Origin: Leucoraja erinacea
Lineage: Eukaryota
Direction: 5' to 3'
Assembly (NCBI RefSeq): GCF_028641065.1
Contig: NW_026576818.1
Span: 1 to 64,000, forward strand
Length of the DNA stretch: 64,000 nucleotides
In this document: one piece after another, positions 1 to 10,169 of the stretch
Position numbering within the stretch: position 1 is the stretch's first letter
Layout of the letters: every line of letters starts with the position of its first letter
Notes under the pieces: generated by a model
What the model saw: the letters and a program-made list of their open reading frames with translations, nothing else
What the model was told of the DNA's origin: nothing
The model's database searches: none
Translations under genes and position numbers: made by a program

Positions 1-3000
1 TGGGAAATAATCTGTATTATCCTCTGCGGTTTTCCTCAAAGCGAAATTCGCACAACTTGGAGATGACACTGCTCCGAAAAGATGTACTTTCATTCGGTAA
101 TCAACAAGGTCTTGCTGCACATCCCCTTCAGGCCACCATAAGAATCGCAGATAATCAATATGTTTACCAGTTCATTTCACTTGATAAAACATTGCTCTGA
201 TATCAGCCATCAAAGCTATCGGTTCTTGCCTAAATTTGATGAGAACTCCAAGGAGCGAGTTAGTAAGGTCTGGACCTTGCAGTAATTCACTGTTAAGTGA
301 TGTCCCTTTAAAGACTGCCGCGCAGTCAAAGACCACCCTCAATGTCCCTTTCTTCGAGTGGTACACCCCATGGTGCGGAATATACCAGATCTCTCCATCA
401 TCTCGATATAGTTGATTCATTGGTATCCTTTCAGCATAATCATTATTAATCATATTCTGTAAGAAGGATGTATATTCCTCTTGGAATTTCGTGTTCTTAA
501 CAAATTTACGTTTCAAACCATGAATACGCTGTTCAGCCATATAGCGATTATTTGGTAAATTAACACTTTCTTTCTTGAAAGGTAAATCCAAACAATAATG
601 TCCATTTTTCATCTTAACTGAATGGTTCATAATATCTAAGAATTTCAATTCTTCTCTAGACATTTCTTCATGTTCTTGGCTGGTACTTTCATTGAAGTCA
701 TGATTATATTGCTTCATTAACAGCTTTTCCAATTTACCTGTAGATATTTGGTTAACAGCAACAGCACGGCAATTCATTTTGCTGGTTCTTTCCTTATTCT
801 TACCCAAGGAGCCATAAATAACCCATCCTAGTAGGGTCTTCATAGCATACGGTCCATCCCCTTGGCTCCTAATTATCTGTACAGGTTCTAATGCTCTCAG
901 GGCATTCGTTCCAATAAGTAAGTCAATATCAGAATTTATCTTTGTTATTTTGACTTCTTTCAGGTAAGGCCATTGCTGTAAGTCTTCACATCTGGGTACA
1001 TTTTGACGACCAACAGGCATTGTTTCATGTGTGAAAACCTCTGAAATTGGAATAAAATTATCTTCATCCAAACTGGATATCTCCATATTTGTTATATAAT
1101 AACTCTGGTAATCCTTTTCTTTATTCATGGTACGCATTTGAATTTTAACTTTCTCTCCAGTAATGTCCAACCTTCTCATCAAATTCTCTGTGCAAAAAGT
1201 AGCTGAACTCCCATGATCCAGAAATGCATATGTTTGCAACACTACATTAGTTTCCCTATTTCTCACTTGTACTGGTAAAATAGAGAAAATGCATGCTTTC
1301 TCTCCGGCCCCAATATGTGCGGTTACTTGAGGCGAGGTGATAGCATTTACATCCGCTGACTCCTTTTTCTGCTCAGTAAGATCTGGCTCTTTCTTTACAG
1401 TATGAAGCACATCAGGATGATTCTGCTTACATTTGTCACAAACTATTGGACACTTACAGTCTTTTACCATGTGCCCCTTCTTTAAACATCCATAGCAGAT
1501 TCCATTCCTTTTTAAAAAGTCCATCTTTTTTTCATATTTCTTTTCCTTAAATTTACGACACCATCTTATGGTGTGACCTACTTCATCACAAAATGGACAG
1601 AATTCATTCTTTCTGGTCGGTGCATCCTCTTTGGCACCACCCAACACCTTCTCAGGTATTATATTGGTAGCAAAATTGCTTTTATTAGGCCCTGTCTTTT
1701 GTTTAGTTTTGACATAGGTAGAACCCTTATAAATTGCAAGTGGCTTGGCTTCTTCAATAATCCCGCTGCATGAATCTGACATGTACCGTACTTCTCTTTC
1801 TAAATATTCCACCAGGTCTGGTAGCCTGGCTACTTGTTTGCTCTTATCACGTATTTCACCTGCCCTATCTCTCCACTTTTCTCTCATTCTTCTGGGCAAC
1901 TTGCTAATGATGATTCTCATATTACTTGAAAGATTAATTTCCTCCATATAGCCAAGATTTTTCATCGAGCTGCAACATCTTCTCAGAAATATTGCATATT
2001 CACTCAATTTATCTACATCTTCTGGCTTGATTTCTCTCCAATCATGGGCCCTTTCAATGTATGCATTCGCAATCCTCTGTTCATCACCAAAACGTTCCTT
2101 CAATAATCTTCTCGCCTTTTTATAGCCCTGGTTGCCTGGCTCCATCTGACAACTTTCCACAAGCCCTTTCACCTTTCCTTGTGTGTACTTCACCAGAAAC
2201 CGTAAGCGCTCTTCTTCATCCTCAACTTTCTTCTCTAATACCTCTTCCAGTGCCCTCACGAAAGTTTCATATTCTAAAGGATCTCCAGCATATGTAGGAA
2301 TTTCAACTGGTGGCAAAATGAGAGATTTATTTCGTCGAGCTATAATCTCGTTGAATTCAGATTGCTTATGCAGCAGTGCCAATATACCAACCTGGCTCCC
2401 TTCTCCTTGGTCCACTGGTCCTTCTCGAGTTTGTACGGATGTTCTTATAGTAGCTAGTTTCGGTCTAGCACCCATTTGCTGAGCTGAAGGTTCACTCAAC
2501 CTATTTAGGTTTTCCAATCCAAGGTATCCTGTGGACTTTGACCGTGGAATCGATTCAACTGCCAATTCACTCTGAGCAGTTTTGGCTCTCTGTCTAGAGC
2601 TTATCGCCTTTGATGATCTAGAGCTGCATCTAGACCCTTCACTTTCCAGTATGTCCCTTCTGGCTTTAGCCACCTTCAACTTTGTATCTAATTCCAGTTG
2701 TTCCTGACATCGCGCCATTTCTTCTTGCTGTCGCTTTGTCTCATCTTGCTGTCGGGCCATCTCATGTTGCTGTCGGGCCATCTCATCTTGCTGTCGGGCC
2801 ATCTCATCTTGCCGTCGGGCCATCTCATGTTTTTTCTTCATAGCATCCGCTTCTATTGAGAGCGCTGCTAACTCAGCCTTCTCTCTCAAACGAGCAGAAG
2901 CCCTCGAAACCGAACTGGCTAAGCTACCAGATTTACGGCCTGATCTTTGTGAAGATACATTTGAGATACTATCTCCCGGTTCTATTTCATCACCTTCTTC

Positions 3001-3426
3001 TTCTGGCTTAGTATCTTCTTTTCTGCTACCTTTACTTTTGCTAACTTGCTCTAACCATCCTTCTACAACTTCTTTGGATTCATCATAATACTCTTTATTT
3101 TCACAATCCCACTTTAAATGTCTTTCACACTCCTCTTGAGAACGCTCTGCCTCCAGCAGTATGTCCTGCTTCTCTTTCAGCTCATGGTTAAGGCTACTTA
3201 TCAGGCGTAATTTCTCTTCCACCTTGTCCTGGTTCTCTTCTGATTCCATGAGTGTCTTCACACTTTCAAACAGCCTTCTAATCCTCTTCCCCAACTTGTT
3301 CCTATCCAATTCAGCCTCCTTGAGAACATAACTTCGACCTTTCTCAGTGAGTTTAAGTTGTCTGGCTGGTCTTTCTTCACCACCATGTGGCTCTTCTGGC
3401 ATAGCTCTGCTCTCATCTTCCTTCAT
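1..3426 (-). pseudogene. BEL/Pao gag-pol polyprotein with an in-frame stop at 172-174
   Basis: ORF 172..3426; the same frame continues past the TGA as [17 protein letters not shown]...[18 protein letters not shown] (RT). Confidence 0.9.
2700..2830 (-). repeat. 21-bp tandem repeat encoding (EMARQQD)n heptads in Gag
   Basis: Repeated cgggccatctcat(c/g)ttgctgt units; protein EMARRQDEMARQQDEMARQQHEMARQQD. Confidence 0.85.
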
Positions 3427-4059
3427 GATTTAAAAGAGGTCTTGGCAGATTGCCAAGTCTTTAAATTAGTCGAAAAAAAAGTCTCTGCTTCTGAGTGACT
3501 TTGTTATTATCAACAATTTCTTCCAAAACTAAAACATACTGATAATGTAGAGAACCTCTCTCTAATTCCAGGTGCAAAATAAATGATGCTAATTCCAATG
3601 GAATGCTCCTTTATCTCTTTGATTCAAAACAATCCAAGGTCGGTCTGCCTTTCCCAGACACGCTGGAGAAAACAGCTTGTTGAGCTCTATTACAGAATTC
3701 TTTCAATTAAAACCGTAATTTTAATTCAAAAGGTAATAATCAATTCGTACTCACAATCCAGTGATACGTCTTCCGATGCGTTCCGATGCTGTCGATAGAC
3801 CTCAAGGCTCTTCCTGGCCGAGATCTTCTTCAGTTCCACGATTGGAACCAATCTTCTTTGGCTGCACCTCTCCTAGGTCTTAGCCTTCGTCCTGCTCTGG
3901 CCGCACCTTTCCTAGGTCTTAGCCTTCGCACTTCGATCTTCTGTCCCTATCTCAGGGACTGGTATTTACCCCCGCCGGAGGTTCGCTTTTACTTATCTTC
4001 TTCTGTCCCAATCTCTGGGACTGGCAATTACCCCCTGCCGGAGGTATCCTTCGACTTAA

Positions 4060-4615
4060 TGTAGCGGCAGATTTTTCAGATCTTTCAGGAAATTAACTCC
4101 CTAGCCACTAATTGGGTGAGAGGGGATAAGGGAATATCTTCGGTACGCATGCAAGCTGCCTCAGAGAATTTCAGAGCTTCTACTTTCATAAAGCTTCAGC
4201 ACACAGTCTTTTAATGAATATTTTCTTTATTGTAGATATAAAACAGTAAGATACATCCAAGGTTTTCCGACTTGTTCCAGCAATCTTCTTCGAACTCCAG
4301 CGCATTGCTTCAGATACTAGAAAACTCCTCGTGTCTTCTTCTTCACATGAGGCTTGACATGCTTGACCTGGCTTGACATGCTTGACCTGCTTGACATGCT
4401 TGACATGCTTGACCTGTGACATGGTCGAAGGATAAACCTTCTCCCTCTCCTGTCCAAAACGAATCCCCAACTAAACTAACACGCAAGCAGTTAAGCTGCA
4501 TAAACACGCCCCAAGACACGTCATAAAATTCCACCCACATTATAACGGGCTGGCTAAAATTTAAAGGAACATGCCATCCACAATGACATGCAAAATAGGC
4601 CAAATGGCCACTACA
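4060..4615 (-). repeat. 5' LTR of the BEL/Pao element
   Basis: Minus strand begins TGTAGTGGC and ends GCCGCTACA (terminal inverted repeat); AATAAA near 4226-4231; internal 9-bp gcttgaca(t)/gcttgacc(t) repeat at about 4352-4420. Confidence 0.85.
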
Positions 4616-5969
4616 CCAGGGTCTGGTTCCCATGAAACATAGTTAGATATCTGGTTGTTTAGTCTGGACGCGAAAAGATAGATATCTGGTTTTCCGTATT
4701 TTGCTGTGATTTCAGCAAACACTGTTTTGTTTAACATCCATTCGGTGTTTTCATTAAATTTGCGTGACCTGGTGTTTGCCACTAAATTTAGTCTCCCTGG
4801 TAGGTAAGTGGCTGAATTCCAAATATTTCTCTGGATGCACCATTGCCAAATTGAACTAGCGAGATTGTCACATGATATCGATTTGTTGCCGCCCATGTGG
4901 TTGATGTATGCTACCACAGTGGTATTGTCTATTTGTAATCTAACATGCTGGTGGTGTGTTTCTGTACAATATGACTTAAGTCCATGAAATGCTCCCAACA
5001 TTTCCAAGTAATTTATACCCAGTGTCAGTAAGAAGGATGCCTCCTGCGCTGTCCATCTACCTCCACAGCTGGTGATGGTATTTGGTGGCTCCCCACCCTA
5101 GTGCACTGGCATCAGTTTGTAGTACCATCGAAGGGTTACTGACAATGATAGGGTTGGAACAAAGCCAGATGTTATCGATCCACCATTTTAGCTCCGTTCC
5201 TGTAGCTGGTTCAGTGACATGTAGTCAATGCTTGCTGCAAGCTTAGGCTCCAGGTTTGCCCCTGTTTGGTCTGGCTGCATGAAGTTTGCCACCATATCCA
5301 GCAAATTTTCTTTCCCCTGCACCCCATGCACACTGGTGTTTTCTTCCGCGGTCCCCTCTTCCAAGTCAGCCCAGAACTGACTCGAGGTGCTCCCCTCTGA
5401 TAAGGTGGAGATATTGTGCAGCCTTTGAAAAGGTGCTGCTGTGGGTTTGATATAGGGCCCACAGGGATCTGACTCCAAATTGCGGAGCCGGTCCCACTGG
5501 AGTAGATGCTCCAGACACTGTTCCATTCGGGTCCAGTGCTATTCATTACTGGTCTCCCGCGGTGTATCAGAGTCGGACTCCTCCGAGTCCACGACTCTGT
5601 TTGTCTTGTGTTTTGCCTTTCCGTCCGGCCGCGTTGATTTGGCCGGTGCTCCGACTACACAGGGCACAAATGATCCCACTACGGGTGATCTAGGTGCCGA
5701 CGGCTGCTTTGGCTGGCCGTCCGCTGCTCCGCGGTCCTCCCCGGCCAGCTTTGTTGCAGCCCTCTTTGATTTTCTCCTTTTCTCCATTCTCTGTAGAGGG
5801 AAAAAAGTTTGCACAGTAAATTCTTACCTGCGATTGCGGCTTTTAAATTGCCGCCACGGGGGAACGTCCTTCCACCGCTTCTGACGTTTGCAAATGGGTG
5901 TAGCACAATGACATGCATGCGTCCTAGCGGGCTTCTTCACGTAGTCACTCACGTGACTCCGAAGTAAAA
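4616..5969 (-). mobile_element. DIRS1-like element A, internally deleted and truncated by the BEL insertion
   Basis: Terminus TTTTACTTCGGAGTCACGTGAGTGACTACGTGAAGAA identical to DIRS B; gag fragment (5188-5814) joined directly to the RT end/RNase H (ELKWW...TDASALGWG) and MT region (IDNTTVVAYINHMGG, DIYLFASRLN). Confidence 0.9.
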
Positions 5970-5998
5970 TGAGACCAGTCAGGCGTCAGTGATAGGAT

Positions 5999-6231
5999 GG
6001 GCATGAACATCGAATTCTCCCAATTTTGTTAGTCCTTGCTGTCTCATCCCCTTCCTCAGTCCCCCTGCTGTCTCCTCCCATCTCCCAGCCTTCGGGCTCC
6101 TCCTACTTTTTCCTTTCTTGTCCCCGCCCCCGATCAATCTGAAGAAGGGTTTTGGCCCGAAACGTTGCCTATTTCCTTCGCTCCATAGATGCTGCTGCAC
6201 CCGCTGAGTTTCTCCGGCTTTTTTGTGTAAC
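5999..6231 (+). mobile_element. Penelope-like element 3' fragment with a 15-bp target-site duplication
   Basis: Matches the 3' end of the Penelope at 28353-28610; flanked by cgtcagtgataggat at 5984-5998 and 6232-6246. Confidence 0.85.
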
Positions 6232-6506
6232 CGTCAGTGATAGGATACTTGATAGTCAGGGGAAAAGAAGGAAATTCTGTGAGGATGGGACAGATGAATG
6301 CATGGTGGAAAGGTTGGAGCAGGAAGTCAGATTATTGGATTTTACTTCGGAGTCACGTGAGTGACTACGTGAAGAACCCGCTCAGTGCGCAGGCGCGGCA
6401 TTAACGCCAGCAGTGCAACAGCGGCGGCAGCTGGAGTCCGGCTCTCCAGCTGCAGTTTAAAAACGGACCGTCAGGTGAGTATATTGAACAGGAGAAAAAA
6501 AAAGAG

Positions 6507-7757
6507 TTGAGTGCGACCAAAAATGAGTTCACGCCAAAAACGACTCAAAGAGAACTGCCCCCTGCCCGACTCCACCAGAGGAGGGTTCAATATCAGGCGG
6601 CAGGACTGCTCTTGGAGCGCTCCACTATCCCCGAGGCCGAGCCAAGCCAAGTGCCACTAATACCTGAACAGCGGACAGGGAGGAAAGCCACTAGGAAAAC
6701 AAGCCGGCCGGTCATTTCCGATTCGTCGGAGGGGGAAATGTCTCCACCAAAACGGAGGAGAGACAGCCGCCTGAGCTGTATTCAACAGCTCCTGGAGCAA
6801 ATACTCCAGCGAGATACGCAACCAGAGCGTTCTCATGGAAGTAGGTCAGTTGCCTCCTCTACAGTGTCTTGTGCACTGCCCTCTGCTCCCTCATTATTAG
6901 AGGCTAGCACAGGTGACCAGGGCTGGGCTGGTCTGCAACAGGGGCTGGCGGACGAGTTCGGGTGTATGCAAGGGGAGCAGGAGCACGAAGAGCTGCTGGG
7001 TGTCGTGGACCGCTATGCAGCAACCCCACGCGCAGGAAGATCGCTGGAACCAAAGATGGTGGCCAGCATAAACCACCTCTCCAACAAGGCCTTACAGGAG
7101 AAAGTCCTTTTGGAAGCCTTGGAAGAATACACAGCACCAGATAACTGTGAGGCACTCAAGGTAAAGAGTGTGAATAACCAAATTTGGAGGCAGCTGGGGC
7201 AACAGATTCGGAACCAGGAATTAAAACTGCAGCGGATCCTAAGGCTCCTGACGTCGGCCATCACGGCCTTTGCTCATTCCACGGAACACATAGATATGGG
7301 TAAGTTCCAACAGGATGTGCTAGCACTGATGTGCAACACACAATTCGAGACTAACAATCTCCGGCGGGACAACATAAGACCTGCCCTCAATCCCAAATTT
7401 GCGGGGTTATGCAAAACCCCTACAGCAGAAACAGATGCACTGCTATTTGGGAAAGACCTCAACAAGAGATTGAAGGACATGGAAGAGGCAGCAAAACCTT
7501 TCGGCCTCATGAGGGCAGGCCCGGGAACGAGCAGGACAATGCATCCGACACCCAGCCGGCAGCACCCCTCGGCATCCACCAGTCGACATCCACAACCAGG
7601 GACTGGTGAAAGCTCGAGGACCGCTTATTACTACCCCCAAAGGTCTTTTTTAGATCAGGGCCCAGAGCGGACCCCATGGAAAATGCGCCGCCCCCCAACA
7701 TCGCAAGCATATCAGGCAAACAGAGCCTACAAGAAAAAGCAGAGAAAACAACAATAA
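6507..7757 (+). CDS. DIRS ORF1 (gag-like); true start uncertain
   Basis: 416-aa ORF with a DIRS ORF1-like core (PDNCEALKVKSVN..IW, RRDNIRPALN, LLFGKDL) upstream of RT. Confidence 0.75.
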   Translation: MSATKNEFTPKTTQRELPPARLHQRRVQYQAAGLLLERSTIPEAEPSQVPLIPEQRTGRKATRKTSRPVISDSSEGEMSPPKRRRDSRLSCIQQLLEQILQRDTQPERSHGSRSVASSTVSCALPSAPSLLEASTGDQGWAGLQQGLADEFGCMQGEQEHEELLGVVDRYAATPRAGRSLEPKMVASINHLSNKALQEKVLLEALEEYTAPDNCEALKVKSVNNQIWRQLGQQIRNQELKLQRILRLLTSAITAFAHSTEHIDMGKFQQDVLALMCNTQFETNNLRRDNIRPALNPKFAGLCKTPTAETDALLFGKDLNKRLKDMEEAAKPFGLMRAGPGTSRTMHPTPSRQHPSASTSRHPQPGTGESSRTAYYYPQRSFLDQGPERTPWKMRRPPTSQAYQANRAYKKKQRKQQ

Positions 7758-7759
7758 CC

Positions 7760-9694
7760 ATGGAGGTAGGTGGGTCTGGTTCCTGCCAGCATATAGCGAA
7801 CAAGGGTGCTCTACTAACAGGGGGGTGATTACACTTGTTCAAAAAAGCATGGGGTACTGTCACAAGTAACAAGTATATACTCAACAGTATTAGTGGATAC
7901 AAAATTGAATTTAAATCAGAGATATTGCCGCCAGTTCAACATTGGCCCCAAAGGGTATTTTCTCCCTCCGAGAAAGAAAAGCGGGAGGGACAAGCTGAAC
8001 AGGAGAGGCTTATTGCAAAGGGGGTCATTGAAAAGACCAAACATGAACCTTTGGAATTTGTATCAAATATATTCACTAAAACCAAAAAAGATGGTGGATG
8101 TCGCATCATCATTGACTTAACATCACTAAATAAATTTGTTGAGTATATACATTTCAAGATGGAGATGTTTGTTACTGCCAGACAACTGATCTCCAAAGGA
8201 TACTTTATGGCAAGCATTGATATTAAAGATGCTTACTATCTAATACCCATACACAATGATCATTGCAGATACCTAAAATGTATCTGGTTGGGGCAGCTGT
8301 GGCAGTATAGAGCATTGCCCAATGATCTAACTTCAGCCCCTAGACTATTCACAAAAATATTAAAAGTAGCCATGGGAATACTGAGGAAACAAAAGCATAT
8401 AGTCATGGCATATCTGGATGATATCCTCATAGTAGGAAAAATGAAGGAATTGGCTGTGGCAGCAGTATTAGCTACAAAACAGCTCCTTGAAACACTGGGG
8501 TTCGTACTACATCCAGATAAATTTAGGTTGAAGCCATCTACTACCATGGATTACCTGGGCTTCACTATCAACTCAATCCACATGACTGTTACTTTGCCAA
8601 GAGAAAAAATGGTTGCATTAGCACAATCATGCAACAACTTAATGGTCAACAAACGACCAACTATTCGACAAGTAGCTAGAGTGATTGGGATAATTGTAGC
8701 AACAATTCCGGCTACACAATTCGGACCTTTGCACTATCAAAATCTACAAAGAGCAAAGGTACATGCACTACAACGATATTCGGGTCACTATGACCGAATC
8801 ATGAAATTACCCACTGAAGCTATATCAGAGCTATAGTGGTGGGCAGAGAATGTTTGGCACAGTTTCAGCCCTATCATCATCACCAACCCTACTTTAGTTA
8901 TTAAAACAGATGCCAGTGCTCAAGGCTGGGGAGCAACTAACTCCATATCCAGCACAGGTGGCAGATGGACTAAACCAGAATCATCTTTACTACACACACT
9001 GGGCATCAATTATCTAGAAATGTTGGCCGCCTATTATGGTTTAAAAGCATATGCATCTAAAATGCAGCACTTGCATGTGCGGTTACGGATTGATAATACT
9101 ACGGTGGTGGCTTATGTTAACCATATGGGGGGCATAAAATCATTATCATGCGACAAATTGGTCAATGTGATCTGGCAATGGTGTGTTGAAAGACATATTT
9201 GGCTATCAGCTGCCTATCTACCAGGTAAGCTAAATACAGTGGCAGACACCAGGTCACGAAAATTTAATGATAACATCGAATGGATGTTAAACCCTAAAAT
9301 CTTTGCTAAAGTTATTAAGCAATATGGAACGCCAAATATCGATTTGTTTGCATCAAGACTGAATCACCAGTTACCTATGTATGTGGCTTGGGAACCAGAC
9401 CCAGAGGCAGCAGCGGTAGATGCCTTCACGCAGGATTGGGGAAATTTCTTCTTCTATGCTTTCCCTCCCTTCTGCCTCATCAGTCGGGTATTTCGAAAAA
9501 TACAGATTGACTCTGCTTCTGGGATTTTGATCATGCCCGACTGGCCTACCCAGCCATGGTTCCCAGTCCTTCACGACATGGTGGTCGAGTCACCTATGGT
9601 TTTCCTTAGTGACCCACGGTTGTTGACTCACCCAGTATCTGGCATAAGCCACCCATGCCATGAACACATCAAACTCCTGGGTTGTAGGTTTTGA
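7760..9694 (+). pseudogene. DIRS ORF2: RT, RNase H and methyltransferase-like domain, with two in-frame stops (7826, 8834)
   Basis: ATG 7760 is in frame with ORFs 7835..8836 (DIKDAY, YLDD) and 9020..9694 (IDNTT, IDLFAS, FPPF); TDAS lies between them. Confidence 0.9.
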
Positions 9695-9714
9695 ATAGAC
9701 CTTACCAGGGACTG

Positions 9715-10169
9715 TATCAGAACTGAACAAGGAGGAGGACACAAATGCAGGCTCAGACACAGGGCAGATCAGTCTTCAGAGTTTAATCGGTCCAAGTCGG
9801 TACACAGGTAAGCAAAACAGAGGCAACAGTACAATCTAGGAGCAGGCAAAAAACAGAGGTCGAAAAACAGGCAATGGTCGAGGTCACAAGATTTCTAGAG
9901 CTGGAACGAGGTGATACCAAGTAGCATACACAACAAACTGGCAATGAGAACTAAAACACAAAGGGCTTAAATACAGACTAGCAGGGGATAACGAGACACA
10001 GGTGAAACACATCAGGGCGGGGCCAATAATCACATGAGGGTAAACGACCTGACAGGAAATGGGACCTGAAACAAGAGGAGATGCGAGACACCAAAATAAA
10101 ACAAGAATGCACACTCTAATACTAAAAAACAATAAGAAACAGAAACTAGATCAAACCCGAGACCTGACA
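9715..10169 (-). repeat. Complete 3' LTR of the Gypsy (partial copies at about 11979-12152 and 13962-14136)
   Basis: Minus strand TGTCAG...CTGATA, preceded by the PPT. Confidence 0.85.

Larger units (their letters stand above)
1..4615 (-). mobile_element. BEL/Pao LTR retrotransposon (5' LTR, gag, protease, start of RT; runs off the window's left edge), inserted into a DIRS element
   Basis: Long gag-pol ORF with tandem CCHC knuckles, protease AFLDHGS and Pao RT motifs (WYIPHHGV, LRVVFDC, GPDLTNSL); LTR at 4060-4615 abuts a DIRS ORF cut at WEPDP. Confidence 0.95.

Noticed and set aside
4352-4420. Short direct-repeat arrays (also 23340-23450, 26400-26680, 30680-30760) as CRISPR-like
   Set aside because: No unique spacers, no cas genes and a vertebrate context; simple minisatellites.
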